A DNA stretch of 64,000 bases from the human T2T-CHM13v2.0 reference genome, Homo sapiens. Position numbers and translations under genes: made by a program. The notes under the pieces are model-generated. The model saw only the letters and a list, made by a program, of their open reading frames with translations. It had not been told where the DNA came from and made no database searches. The number at the start of each line of letters is the position of its first letter. Positions within the stretch are counted from its first letter, which is position 1. Where the stretch lies: assembly GCF_009914755.1 (NCBI RefSeq), contig NC_060947.1; one strand, 5' to 3'. This document shows, in pieces, positions 1-15,548 of the stretch.

Positions 1-306
1 GGAAAAGTGACTGACTAAGTTGTATGAAGAGGCAAAGAGTATGGGAGACAAAGAGTTATTTTCACAAGGTCTGTTTGTACAGAATCTCTAGGCTTTGACT
101 CTCCATCTCTGGTGATGAGAATGTTTATTTTCTTCTGGTATAGGAAAGACATCTTTCACTTGGGAGTTTCATCGCTTGCTTTCAGGAAGAAAAGGGGGAG
201 ATCAGAATGTTCTTCTTGTACTTGCTGTTTTCCAAGTGCCTTTAGCTCAACATAATCCTTATGCCAAAGTGGCATAGTTGAGGGTAGCAAATTGTGCCAC
301 CCTTCA
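1..306 (-). mobile_element. ERV1-class LTR fragment (MER31/MER34-like)
   Basis: Reverse strand starts TGAAGG and contains ATGCCACTTTGGCATAAGGATTATGTTGAGCTAAAGGCA, typical of the 5' end of this LTR group; family uncertain. Confidence 0.6.
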
Positions 307-1269
307 ACCTCCTGGTGTTCCAAATTTTGCTTTGTGCCTTGAAGGAATCTAACAGAAGTACCAGAAACACCCTTCTATGAGAAGAATTTACAGTCTATTT
401 AGAAAAGATGACACTAGGGTGGTATGGATCAATACAGCACACAACACACAATACACCGTAAAGTGTTTTGCACATCATAAAAACTCAATACATATCCGTT
501 GCTTGATTATAGAACGTTCACTTTCACAGTACCTCTGACCTTTTATTTTTCAATTTAGTCTCTCTGCAGTTCCTAGGACCACATATACTCTGGGGAGTGC
601 AAAAGAGACTTTTACATTAAAATATATGGAAGTGCCACTCTGTAAGCCTGAAAAAGCCCAATGCCAGCCATTTTTTATGGTTCATTGTGGCATAAGAATT
701 GTTCTAGAATATGTTACCCTAGGTCAGTTACTCTTTTATTCATCTTCTAACCTCAATCTTGGACTTTTTGTATTAGAGCAACAGCCACCTCCTACCCGCA
801 CCATGAATTTGTTCCTAAAATCTGTGTATCTCAAGATCTTCCCAGTGATAATTGTTTACCCTGGAGCTTGGATATTACCTGGCTGGACATCTGGCTAATA
901 GGCCTTGTGTCAGTTTTCTTTTCCCTCCAGACTTGCACATCCCTGAGAGAGAGTGTTTTGTTTTTTTTTAAATTTTGTTCCCTAGGCTCTTTATTTGCCT
1001 CATTTTAGTCCTAGTCCTGCATGGCATCACACTTGATCATCAACCCTGAGCTGTCTGAATTCAGCCATCCAAATTCCACTGAAATGTTCTCACTCCTAAG
1101 TGGGTATTTTTCACCCTAATCATATTACCTCCTCTGCAGCATTGGGCACTGTGAGTCACTCTATCCTTACCAAAGCTCTTTCCTCTGTTAGCAATCATGA
1201 AGCAGCTGCCTTGCTTCTCTGTACATCTGTACTTCTCTAATCCCACAATTACCACTTACCTTTTGAATC

Positions 1270-1640
1270 TACCCAAGGCCTGGTCCCCTCTCTTCTTTTC
1301 ATTTTAAATTTTCTCTGGGCAATCTCATTCTGGAATGGCTTCAACTGCTAACTACATGATGATAGCTTTGTAAACCCCATCTCTAGTTGAAACTTCTATT
1401 CTCAACTGCCATCTCAACCTGGAGGTATCACAAAGGTCATAGGCTCAACTATTTATCCTCTTCAGGTTTTTTCTTTTACAGTTGGTAACACCATCCAGTC
1501 ACCTAAATTAAGACTTTGGAATTTACCTCTGATGGCTCTCCATAGCCAATCTACCACCAAGTATTTTCTTTCTTTTTTCCCTAAAGCCTTCTTAAAACTG
1601 TGTTTTTCCTCCCCATACCTTCTGCACTTGTAATGGAGAT
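1270..1640 (+). mobile_element. L2 fragment, highly diverged
   Basis: aatctcatt...tggcttcaactg...acatgatgat...catctctag resembles the L2 3' region. Confidence 0.5.
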
Positions 1641-2551
1641 CACCAAAAGTTACCCAAAGCCCTCCTCAGATAACACCTCTGAATGTGATTTTTCCCTTTT
1701 CACCTGAGACCAGCATAAGAACCATCTAGAAACTGATGCTGTGATAGCATGAATTATTTTCATACACCTTTGTATGTAAATAATTTCCACATAAAAATTT
1801 CTATATTACTTTTTTATGAAATGTGTTAAAAATTACTGAAATAAAATACTTCTACTTTGAACCAATTTATGAACAATATTTCTAGAAGAGTTATAGATAT
1901 TCTATACAAAATGAGTTCAATTGTCGTTGGTTTTTACCATAAGACATTATTGATAAAATCCTAATGTTGGAATCTAATAAATACTTACACAGAAAGGGTC
2001 CTTAAAAAGACATTAAAGTGCCATTGAATGTCTTCTAGAAGTTACATTTAAAGATAAAATACATTGATATGCTTTTAACTTATTTGGGCATTGAATAAAA
2101 GACCTTTCTTATAAATGAGCATAAGACGATTAGTACAAGAGTGGTGAGGACTGAAAAACAATTCAAGATAGGAAATCCTGAAATTGATGTTACTTTATAA
2201 ACTCTATTTCTAACAAAGAAAATTGAAAAACTTTGAGTTTTTGAAATGTATAATTATTCTAATACATTGAGAACTGTTTATCAATTATGACCAAGGATAC
2301 TTCACAAAGGCTAGTAAGCATGTCATTCTATGTCAAATCACCCTCCCGATAGGTATTGCTTAAGAACCTGCTAGGAAGAGTGATGTGAAAAATAATACAA
2401 GGAACAATGCATTGTTTTTATTCCAAATTAGCTTATAATTTAGTGTGTCAATAAACCATATAAATAACTATAATACTCTAGTAGCATATGATGCGGCTTG
2501 TAAAAGCCAGTCACAGAGTTAACTGATGTGACTTTTTAAGTTAGAATTAAA

Positions 2552-3023
2552 TTTTTTTTTATTATACTTGAAGTTCTGGGATACATGTGCAGAACGTGCA
2601 GGTTTATTACATAGGTATACACGTGCTGTGGTGGTTTGCTGCACCCATCAACCTGTCATCTACCTTAGGTATTTCTCCTAATGCTATCCCTCCCCTATCC
2701 CTCCACCCCCTGACAGGCCCGTGTGTGATGTTCCCCCTCTCTGTGTCCATGTGTTCTCATTGTTCAGCTTCCACTTACGAGTGAGACCATGAGGTGTTTG
2801 ATTTTCTGTTCCTGTGTTAGTTTGCTGAGAATGATGGTTTCCAGCTTCATCCATGTCCCTGCAAAGGACATGAACTCATCGGTTTCTATGGCTGCATAGT
2901 ATTCCCTGGTGTATATGTGCCACATTTTCTTTATCCAGTCTATCATTGATGGGCATTTGGGTTGGCTCCAAGTCTTTGCTATTGTGAACAGTGCCACAAT
3001 AAACATGCATGTGCATGTGTCTT
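2552..3023 (-). mobile_element. L1PA7/8-like 3' end, 5'-truncated
   Basis: Poly-T then ttatacttgaagttctgggatacatgtgcagaacgtgcagg; ORF2 C-terminal remnant KCPSMIDWIKKMWHIYT. Confidence 0.93.
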
Positions 3024-3454
3024 GCACAAAATCACTCTGTCACCTTAGCACCTCTTTCTTTTTGTTTGCCTTTGGAAAATTCTGTTGAAAACCCTTTCTA
3101 AATTCCTGCCCACAAAATATTATAAAAGGAGGAGGGAGATAAAGAATAGGAGTAAGAGGAGGAGAAAGTAATGAACTGTGGTTAAAGATTAAAGCTTTTT
3201 CAGAAAAGCACTTATCAAAAGTTTCTAAAGAGCTCAGGAGTTAATGCTGTACTTTTTAGGCAATAATGGATGGGAATTGCTTTTGGAAAGCACTCTTTTT
3301 TCTTGAAGAGTGCAAAAAATGTATTCCTTTGAGTGAATGAAAATCAATGTTATGGTCAAATATAGAGGAATTGAGGAGAAAACAAGGACAAGAAATGCTC
3401 TAAAGAGAAGACTTTGTTGCCTCTTTTCTTCTTCATCTTAGGAATAGGATATCA

Positions 3455-3611
3455 ATATTTGAATCATCCATGGGAGCTTTTCAAAACCCCTATTCCTGAG
3501 CTCTACCCCCAGAGAAATGCAATCCAAATCTCTAAGGATAAAACTCAGGTGTCAGTATTTTAATAAACTTCCCAGGCAATTGTGATATGTAGTCACAGTT
3601 GAGAACCACTG
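3455..3611. mobile_element. MER5-type hAT-Charlie MITE
   Basis: Ends gttgagaaccactg; internal gggagctttt...cctgagctctacccc...cccaggcaatt. Confidence 0.65.
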
Positions 3612-3752
3612 CTACAACAGATCTAAAAGGCAGAAGCCAAGTAATGCTTTAATGAAGAATTTGAGAGGAGGAATATACATCACCCTCAGCTACTGTCACC
3701 TAACTAGCTGATCCTGGTAAGACTGGTAGAAATATAGCATCCAAAATAAGCA

Positions 3753-3919
3753 AGGGATAAAAGACTACAAATTGGGTTCAGTGTATACTGCTTAGGTGAC
3801 GGGTGCATCAAAATCTCACAACTCACCGCTAAAGAACTTCCTCATGTAACCAAAATACCACCTGTTCCCCCAAAAACCTATGGAAATAAAAAATAAAATA
3901 AAAATAATGAAATAATAAA
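3753..3919 (+). mobile_element. L1PB-like 3' UTR end
   Basis: gggataaaagactacaaattgggttcagtgtatactgc...aaaacctatggaaataaaaa plus A-rich tail. Confidence 0.85.
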
Positions 3920-4103
3920 CTGCATTTCTCAGAGGTGCAAAATACCCAAACCCTAAATTTAAAAAAAAAATTAGTGAGAAAAAATAAAATTTCCCTAGCT
4001 GTTAAATCCGTGATGTGATATTTCTTCTTTTAATCTGAATCTAAAATGTTCAGTCTTGGTCCAATAATAAACACACTCACTGAAACACACAGTAAAGAAT
4101 CTA

Positions 4104-4362
<259 letters not shown>

Positions 4363-5739
4363 TAAGAATAATCTCAGCATTTGAGAAGATGATAATATGG
4401 AAAGTCAGGTGTGAGGTCAGCATGTGGGTGAATAATTTCAAAAGCTCTTATTTCTTAATATCAGTAAATATATTCCCCTCTTACAGAATTCATGCATGGT
4501 ATTTTGGGGTGTGTAAAGGTACCTCTCACTTATTCTCATTCTGAAAGTCTTTCACTTCCTTGGTGGATGAAAAGGAAAGCTGCAGTTGGTTATAAAAACG
4601 TGACGGATGATTTAGGTGGCTGTATTCAGCTGTAAGCAATAAATGCTGAGCTCGGCAGAAAGTACTATAGGCAAAAACGTGTGATTTACTAGCTATCCAA
4701 AGCACATGAGATTTATAATGCATGAGACCCTCAGGCCCATCACTTCTCTTCAGTAATGGGAAACAATATTGTGGGAAAAAATGACACATTTAATTTCAAC
4801 TTTGTGTTGTAAAACAAAAACGCAGCCTAATTTTCATTTTATTATTATTTTTTTTCTTTTCGTAAAGCATCTTTGCATCTTATTGGAAATACAAATGGCT
4901 TCTTAAGAAGTAGGAACAATAGAGCATGTTCAAAACAATATCTATCGGTAGACATTTATTACTGGCTGCATGTTTGTACGTGTTTGGTGGGATGAAAATG
5001 AGAAACCCGGAGTGCTGTGACAGACTCATTGTGTTCTGATAGACTCTCCCAAAAACTGATTCTAGAAGCTTAGTGTTCTTTAAGGCAGATGTTTAGCCAG
5101 GTGATTGCCGTGGTTACCTATGGATACCGGATACCGAAAAGAGTCTTGGCATACTTAAAAAAAAAAAAAAAAAAAAGGCTAGAGAAAAAAATAGTAGAGA
5201 CATTTTTTACCCACTGAACTGAGGGTGAAAAATGTAGTCACAAAAGACCATGAACTCAAATCCCAACTCTGTTAATGATATATAATGTGAATGCCATAAA
5301 CTTTCTGTATCTCATTATATCATCCTGTGAAATACTGACCTATTTTGCAATTGCAATGTGAGAGATAAATCAAACCTCTTCTAAGGTACTTTGAAAATAG
5401 ATTCTGCATTTCAGAATAAATATTAAACAATAATAATGATGATGGAATAGCTGACACAATGCAAATTTTAAATAGAGCAGAGTAACTTTCTAATTATGAG
5501 CTACATTTTATTCTTTGTGAGTGTAATTAGAAAGCGACCATGTTCCTTTAATTAGAAAGTTAATTAGACTGTGACCTCTTTTCCTGTCTTACTGTCTTGG
5601 ACTACAGGCCAGGAGTAAATTGCAAATCCCCTGACCTACATGACTATAGCCCCCCAAAATCAGACTGTTTAAATAGAAATAACATTATAAGGAATAACAT
5701 TGGGACTTGCAAGTCAGATGGGGACTTCATAGGCTATAG

Positions 5740-5828
5740 AAGGGTTCTCTCATGAGAGAAAAGTTTATGTGGATAAATAAAAAAGGGTTCTCTCATGGGA
5801 GAAAAGTTTATGTGGATAAATAAAAAAG
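5740..5828. repeat. 43-bp tandem duplication (2 copies, 1 mismatch)
   Basis: aagggttctctcatg(a/g)gagaaaagtttatgtggataaataaaa repeated with period 43. Confidence 0.97.
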
Positions 5829-5896
5829 ATACTTTTCCAGATCAAGCCTATAGAGTAAGTTCCCTAAATTGTATTCAGGATGTTGGTTCCTTTGTC

Positions 5897-6383
<487 letters not shown>

Positions 6384-7805
6384 ACTTAGAATATTAATAG
6401 TGTTAGGCCGAAGTATTGTTTTGTGATCAAATAAGTTTGGAACTTTCAATGTTGAACAAAGTTAAGCAAGTTTGTTTTTTGTGTGATACCTCAAAACCTT
6501 TGAATGTTAATATGCTTTGGAAATCTCCAAGAAGGATAGACTGCATTGCTCCTGAAGGGGGTGGCCCTTACAAATGTTTTGGCTCTCTTTATCTCGGAGC
6601 TACAAACAGAGGTTTTGCTATTTCACATAGTGTTCTTAGAATGGGTTGTTAGAATGCTTTGTTTTTTAGCATTAACAGAAGAATGTCAGAAATGAGTTTC
6701 CATTGGTGTAATTTGTGGTTTCCCCATGTGTGTACTGGCCAAAATATTGTAGAGACATTCCCTACTCTTGTATGAAGAGGGTATACAAATCTAGTAAGGT
6801 TTCACCCTTTAATGTGAGAAATGGTACTGTACATTTGATTACCATTTTTGGAAGTTTCTTGATTGCCTGGCTCCTGATAGCCTAATTAGCTGAATTATTT
6901 CTCTGATCTTATCATGTTTACCTCATATGAAATTTTCATGTAAAATGACATTTGGACCACTTTAAAGAAATGTGTGACTTCATAGAGTCGACTGTTTTGA
7001 GCTAGCTTGTTCGTAAATGTCTAAAGAAAAATTTGCTGTGAAATTTGCTCACATTACAATCTAGAAGCAAAATTCCTAGAGCGAGAGGTTAACCCTCTGC
7101 CACTTCTAACCAGTGGCAATTATAGATACTTATCAGAAAAGAGCATAATAAGTTGTGCAAGATGAGATTGCCTGAAGTCAGATTAAAACACTGCCCCTGC
7201 TCCCCACTCCAATACTTGTTTGAGTCCTTGTTTTCAAAGGATTTCATGCATCCAGTGTTATTCAAAAACACTTGCGAAAATGCTGTGTGATTATTTTTAA
7301 CTTCTCAGAACAAAAAAGACCGATGTCACAGGAAACCAAGCAGCATTAGTAAACTGGTCTGTGACATCTCTATTGCACTCTGTGAAAATTCCATGAAAAG
7401 CAAAATGGGAATACAAGAATCACAGAGAAACAAACAAGTGGAGAAGAGGCAATGACTTCATGTTTATGTTCTTGGTAGCAATTTCCTAGGGAAATAATAA
7501 CTTCAGAGAAATAGTCAATTTGCCTTACCTGGTGTGATATACGTTGTATATTGTCTAAAAAATAAGTGCTCTAGAATAGGCAAAAACACTTTGCCTAAAA
7601 AGTTGTGTACGTGAATGATACTGGAAAATTCAATGATAGCCTTTTTGTCTGTTCTCATTTTGTGTAGTTGAGAGCAAGATGCTCACAAGTACATATTAAT
7701 ATTGAGTGAAATTAAGAAGTCTCATCCCCAGAATAATGTTGCTCACAAAATAGATGCTCAATAAATGCCTGTGGTTGCATTGGGCTCATTTCTGTTCATG
7801 TGCTG

Positions 7806-8149
<344 letters not shown>

Positions 8150-8408
8150 TAATTTCAACTTATTACATGGCTTAGAATATATTTTTAAAAAGATATTTTG
8201 ATGACACAATGACCCTGATCTATAGGAATGCCATTTTTAGCCAGAATTAATATAGAGCACTCTGCTTTGGGATTAGCTTTGGGTTCAGTTTTTGGCCATA
8301 TCATTTACCAGCTCAGTCATGGGAAGGATACCTTGGAACATTTAATAATTTTTTGGAGTTTCAGCTTGATTCTCCCAAAATGTGACTGATTAAATCTTAC
8401 CTAATACG

Positions 8409-8690
8409 TCATTCATTCATTCAACAAACATTTAATGAATGTCCAGATGTGACAGGTGCTGCTCCAGGACTGGGGGCCAGGAGTAAATTAATGCATTAGC
8501 TGCTCTCATGGAGCCCACATCTGGTTGCACAAGACAGGAAAGACCACCAGAAAGTACGTAGTAGAATATCTTGGGATAATGAGCACCATGATGAGAAATA
8601 AATCAGAGTAAGGGAACAGGGAGAATTATAAAGACGCTCTTTTATTAAGAATCAGGCACAGCCTTTCTGATAAATGGAGGTTTGCAAAGA
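8409..8690 (-). mobile_element. L2 3' end (preceded by a MIR-like remnant at ~8260-8400)
   Basis: cattcattcattcaacaaacatttaatgaatg...ctctcatggagc. Confidence 0.7.
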
Positions 8691-9475
8691 CGAAGTGGTC
8701 TTCTGTGCACGGGACAAAATGAGATAAAGCATACACAAATAGATTGTGAAATATTTGACGTGGTGTTAGGTATGAAGCAAAAAAAAATCTATTTCATTGT
8801 GATTACCATTACCATATTATCACTGATGTTGATGTATTTTCAGAAACACCTATCTCGTGTGCATATTTGGTAGACAAACCTGAGGAAAGAATTCCTAACT
8901 AATAAAAAGCCTCATAAATCAAATGCCACTTAACAAAGGGACCAGTCTTGTTAACATTGCTGCAACAGAACTCGAGCTCTCACCACTGCTTTAGTGAGAT
9001 CATTAATATGATCATTGCAATAGTTTGTGCTCCTAGGATTATTGATAGAGAAAATGTGTATGATAATAACTATTAAAAATGATATCACCCATCACCATCA
9101 ATTACTGATTCCTCTGTATGCATCATACAATGTGCATAGTGCTTTATATTTTCTATTGCTGTTAGTTCTCCCAACAATCCTATAAGGTAGATATTCTTAA
9201 GATGTTGTCAAATAACTTGTTCAGGATCACCCGGGCAACTTTGTAATCAGACCTGGGATGGAAGCCTGGAGCAGAGTGAAAACAATGCCCATGGCCTATT
9301 GACCACATTCATAATAAAATATATATTGGTAAAAAAAAAATAAAATTACAAGACTCTTAAACTTTTATATGTTTCAGTTAACATTATGAAATAGACAACT
9401 AAACTTTTGCCCTGATTTGGAACCCAGACTTCTGTGTGCTCTTTGTTTTTTAATGAAAAATGTGTTTTAAATACT

Positions 9476-9820
9476 TCTGTGGTCTGAAAGTATCCCCTAG
9501 AATTCCTATTTTGAAAATCCCTAGTGTGATGGTATTAAGAAACGGGGCCTTTTGGAGGTGATTAAGTCATAAAGATAGAACCTTCATGAATGGGATTATC
9601 AACCTTAAAAAAGAGATCGAAGAGAGTGGCCTAGGCCCTTTTTTGCCATTCCACCACTTGAGGACACAGCATTCAAGGCACCATCTTGGCAGAGACCAGT
9701 CCCTTACCAGATACTGAACCTGCTGATACCTTGATCTTGCACTTCCCAGCCTTCAGAACTTTGAGAAATAAATTCTCGTTTATAAATTTCCCAGCCCCTA
9801 TAGCAACACAGACTAAGACA
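9476..9820 (+). mobile_element. MaLR solo LTR (MST/MLT1A group)
   Basis: ggaggtgattaagtcat...catgaatgggatta...aggcaccatcttgg...ccttgatcttgcacttcccagcc...gactaagaca. Confidence 0.9.
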
Positions 9821-12800
9821 AATACCAAATAAACATAAAATAAACTCTTGGAGAACACATTTGCACACCCAAAACTTCCTGAAGATAGCAATTCCTAGAA
9901 TTCGAAGCACTGAGAGAGTAAACAATTTACTTTAACTTTTGAAACCATGCAGCCTCCCCTCAATTCCATGTTTTATCCCTCATCTGTCGATAGTGCATGG
10001 TGCTGTAGGTCATGATCAAACTTCCAAATAGAATCATTCATACAATTCTAAGTCATCATTAAGGCCAATTCAGAACGTGGAGATTTTATAATTTAGTTGC
10101 TGTTTGAGAAACTGAATACCTAAGACAGCTTATTTGATTATTGAACTTTATTTAGTGGAATGACCTCTGGTGGCACAAATAATAGAAACTGCTTTCAAAT
10201 TATCATTCAGGGTAGCTTGTAGTTGGCCATGAATAGAGAGACAATTAAGTAGCAAATTTATTACAAAGCAAATTCCCCAGTGACCTACTGTTTTTCTTTT
10301 CTAGTGAGGTTCCTCAACGCATAATCCTATTACTTTTGGCTTGAATGAGCTAGTCACTGTCTTCCAAGCTGAACTATGATGTTACATGGAAGTTTAATTT
10401 TCATCTTATTTAATTTGACCTTAAGTGAGCTGGATCATGAAAAGGCAACATAATCTCCAATTCTCGACGTTAAGCGTCTTTTAACTACTCTACCCAGTAA
10501 TCATTCCCAAGAGACATTGTGAAATTGTTTAAAAATTGGTCACAAATGCTAATGCTAATTTTATGCCCCCAGATATTTTGGCATCTCTTTCTTCTTATTG
10601 TGCCTTTTACACTGTGAGGCACCCAGCAGGACATTCCTATGGATGGATGGACTTAAAATAATAAATTCCAACCACCATTCTCTCTGGCTAGGCCCCCTGC
10701 TCTAATGCTTAACACAATGCGTGGCACATGGTTAGCACTCATTTGGTGTTAGTTGTCTGAATCACGAACTCAACGAATTAATGAATATACAAATCAGCTA
10801 ACAAACAGACAGCAGAATGTTGACCTTCTACTTTCTCTCATTTGTTTGAAGTGCAATTCAAGACCGGAGAACCAAGTGGACAAAATACTGCATATAGATA
10901 CAGCAGCAAATGCTTAATGACTTAAATATCCTGGAAATATTTTTATATCTTACTCTGACTTTTCACAAACATTAAACCAAAGGAATGCTTAACTGGCAAT
11001 TTTAGGTTCTCACTGGGCAAACTCATGGGATAGGCAGTGTGGAGAGGGGCTTGCATATGTTTTTTGCATCATTTCAATACCCCACATCTGAGAGTGTACA
11101 ATTTGGGTTAGATTTCCACTCAACCGGTTGGAATTTCAGGTTTTGGACTACGTCCTCTCTATTTCCTCTTTATACTTTCATATTTGGAAAGCATGATATG
11201 AGTACTGTCTTAGGGAGAGGATAGACAGGAAAGGGAAGCTACTGAAAGCCTTCTTTTGAAATAATAATTTCTTAATCTATGCACTAACACACAAGAGTTT
11301 ATATCTCCTGGAATTTTAAAGTAATAATTGTAGTGTGACAAAACAATGTTAAGTCATAAGATACATTTCAACGTTTTAAAACACACACAGAATACATCAG
11401 TGCCCATTATGTGATAACTGAGAGATTAATTTGCAACCAATAATATCCTTGGTATTTTAGCGTTGTGGATTGTCAAAGGCTTGCTTATTGCAGGTTAAGA
11501 CATTAAAGGGCCCACATTCCCACTTCTTATTAAAGGGAGACTTTACGAAAGGTAGGCACTGTCTCTACACTTCTGGGAAGAAAGCCTGGTGATACGTAAT
11601 GCTCCCCCTAGCAGAAAAATAGTGGTCACCAGAAGCATCTCTCCATAAGATAAGGTGAGACAAATAGTGCTGGGCCAAACCTTGTGAACTATGGGCTTCA
11701 ACAAAAGCTAAGAGTCTCATCATATAACTCTCACCTAGACTCAGACTATTTCAAGCAAGAATTAAGGTAATGACATGAACTTCTTGCCACAGTTATCTCT
11801 TTATTATAAAATGTCCTTGACTACAAGGAGGTGTAAATAATAACTGCCATTCCATGGATAATCAGGGTAAGCTCTATACATTGTCTGCCAATTACCATGT
11901 ACTACTTGAAAATTGTTAATTTAGTTGAACTTGAAAAAATAAACAAGTGGCCCTCTTTGGCATAGTCTAGAAGAGACTGCATAGGAAAAATGGGAAATTA
12001 AGGTGGAGGATGATGGATGGGGTTCTCTGAGTACAGCAGAGGGGGCAAGCAGAAGAGTTGGAGCATCATGAATGGGGTCACAGTACATTAGTATGGCTTC
12101 TTTGGCTTGATTGTGGAAATGTGAGAGACAACTATTGTGAGATTCAAAGACAGTGGTAACATATATAAGAAGTGACTGACAAGATGACAGCCACTCAGGA
12201 AAACTGCCTCAGAAGGCAGCCAGAAAGGATCAATTCTGGAAAATGACTGGCGGAAGCTATTAGGCATATTGAATGGGTCTGACTTAGTGGTTGATTTGAC
12301 AATGAGAGCAAAAGATAGATGTTATAAAACATCATTCAGAGTCAATGAATCTGGCTATTGCCAAAGACAGAGAAATGAAAGAATAAAAGGGAAGGTATGG
12401 GGAAGAAAATAAGAAAAAAATTAAATGATTATCTTTAGTTTCTGCATTAGTTCTTCTGCTTTGGAATCTCCCTAGCTGCCTGCAGCCAGGGGCAAAGATA
12501 GTTTCACCTAGAGGGTCCTGATTGAGGCTGAGGATACCTAGGCTCAATCACAGCAGTGGCACTTCCCATTCAGAGGAAGGCTTAACATTAATTATGAGAC
12601 ATGAGATCCAGGTGCTGAACTGACAAATCTATTCTCTCTCCCAAGGCTTCCCAAATCACAGCTCCGATAGGCAGTTATCCTAGCTTGTATTAGTCATAAT
12701 TCCCTGTAGCCAGAGCTTCCACTTTTCCTTGCGTTCTGATTTTGATGCTATCTTATAGATTACCCTCCTAATTACAACTCACTGCTTACCTGGTTCTCCA

Positions 12801-13055
12801 GGAATCATAGCATAGTTTTTTGAGTACTCTGTCTCACTTGCCTGGTCAGGACACACTACCTCACTTTCTATTCTAACCATTTCTCAATGCCGAGGACTCA
12901 TATCTCAGACTCAAGACAGTTATATTGTTTTATTTTTAAAGTCACTAAGATATACCCATATCTTGGTATTCCATAAGCAAGAAGGAAGTGAGATGAGAAA
13001 GTGGTTGCAACCACAGTGTTAAAAATATGGACTGGAAACTTGTCTATTTGCAGAT

Positions 13056-13554
13056 GGTATTAGATTTCTATTGCTGCTGTAATAAATTACCACAAGTTTA
13101 GTGGCCTAAAACAACACAAAGTTCTCGTCTTACGGTTCAGTAGGTTAGAAGTCTGACATGGGTCTTACTAGAACAAACTCAAGGTGAGGCTGAACTCAAC
13201 AGGGCTGAATTCCTTTCTGAAGCTCTAGGAAGAGTCCATTTCCTTGCCTTTTCTAAATTTTAGAGGCTGCCCACATTCCTCAGTGTGTGGCCCCCTTTTT
13301 CCATCTTCAAAACCGGCAACGTCTAATCTCTCTGGCCCTTTTTTCCATGCTGTATCTCTGATCACAGCGGGACAGATTTTCTGCTTTAAAGGACCAATGT
13401 GATTAGATTGGACCCACCAGGAAAGTCTCCCATCTCAAAGTCTATAATGTTAATCATGCCTGCAAAGTCTCTTTTCTCATGGAAGGTAACATATGTACAA
13501 TTTCTGAGGTTCAGATGTAGACATCCTTGGGGGACCATTATTCTGCCTTCCACA
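13056..13554 (-). mobile_element. MaLR solo LTR (MLT1C/D-like)
   Basis: gtattagatttctattgctgctgtaataaattaccacaa...ccattattctgccttccaca; 5-bp TSD cagat/aagat. Confidence 0.9.
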
Positions 13555-13883
13555 AAGATATTTTCTAAACCATTGAGAACAGATGAGAGTCTCATATCCA
13601 CTAACAAGAGCCATTTTGATATGCAACACAGCAACCCAATTGACAAGGAAGTCCTCAGAGATAGTGTAGACTGTGATACTCTTCATCTTTAATTCTATAG
13701 GTTTTACCTGCGTAGTGTCTGACCTGAAAGTGACAAAGTTTCCCACACCTTGCTAGATATTCCCACACATTCCTATTTAGCCCATCTAGACATTAGAAGG
13801 GAAGCTTTCCTATTTATGATTCCTATTTAATTGGAGTGAATGGATTTCTGTCATTTCCTGTTGTTCCTTCCATAGCCTTATGA

Positions 13884-14207
<324 letters not shown>

Positions 14208-14519
14208 CAATCTAGACCTTTTTCTAAGTTAGTTATAAAATTTTACATTTTTCCCTCCTTGCAAATTTGTTCCCATTTGAAGAACCATCTGCAAGAAGAA
14301 GAATACATACCATTCACCAAACCTTCTATCCGTTGGGTCTATCAGAGAATTAGTATTGGTGGTGTCTTCTAGTCCTCTTGCAGATTAACAGGTTATCCAC
14401 TTGACCTGATTATCCATGACATCAATTTGGTGTATCCTAAACTTCATCAGAGCAGAATATTCCTCAGAAGGAATATCATGTCAGGTAGCTTTTCAGCACT
14501 AAGCCTATAAATATCCTGC

Positions 14520-14925
14520 CTGTGTAGGCACATGGGAGTCAATCCTGAGAAAGCAGCTCATTGAGGCAAAAAGGGGAGATTTTTAGCTGAATCAGACAAT
14601 TACTCAATAAGTCTGCTTTGTGGATGTTTGTGTCTCCCCCAAAATTCATATGTTGAAAGCTAATTCCTAATGCAATAATATTAAGAGGTGAGACCTTTAG
14701 GAGGTGATTAGGCTCTACCCTCATGACTGGGATTGATGCATGTATAAAAGAGGCCCAAGGGAGTTTCCAACAAGTGCTGGGCTATCTGCTGTTAGCTAGC
14801 ACTTAAGATGTCTTACCTGTAAAGTGTCTTTCACTATAATTAGTCTTTCTGACTAATTGTCAGATTCAGCTAACAATCTCTTCTTTTTGCCTCAATGAGC
14901 TGCTTTCTCCCATTTGCCTACACAG
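14520..14925. repeat. Inverted repeat: arms 14520-14614 and 14842-14925
   Basis: Hand alignment: 75/84 matches plus one 11-nt indel. Confidence 0.93.
14614..14766 (+). mobile_element. Partial MLT1A-like LTR 5' segment, apparent local copy of 15549-15698
   Basis: Close match to the start of the LTR ~935 bp downstream; stops abruptly at gggagttt. Confidence 0.88.
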
Positions 14926-15548
14926 AACATAATTGTTTCATACACTAGAATTAGATCAGAGTAGATTCAGGCTCTTCATTACAAAATGCTCATCTCTGCT
15001 GGATGTTAATATCAAAATCAGAATTCTAGTTCTATCACATATTGACTGATATAAGAATAAGTTTAGTTTAAAATAAAAGGTGAGAGAAAGAATGGAAAAG
15101 TAATAATATGGAACATGAGCAGCGTCTCGACTTGTTTCTGCTTCCTCTCTTTTTCTTACTAATTAAAACAGATAACAACAAAGCCCTTTGGTCACAGCCC
15201 ACACAATCACAAGTGGTTCCCTTTGTTGATGTGATGTCACTGGAGGGGAAATGAGCAGTTGACAGGCTGTGCAACCAAGAAGGCAAAATGAGCTCAACCA
15301 TTTGAATAAAACATAGCAGGTCTCCCACTCCATGTCATTGACTGACATAACCCACCAGACAGTACCCTTTAAATAGGCTGTCTCTCTTTTATGTAGCAAA
15401 TAAAAAAAAAAATGTAACATGTAAATATCAGGTGATTCTTCTTCAGCATCTGTGGTTGCCAGAAGGAATTTACTGCCTTTTCATTGTGTGGTTCAACTTG
15501 GTCTTCAGGTGGTGTGCCCCAAAATCCACAATTAGTGGGATCCAGTGG

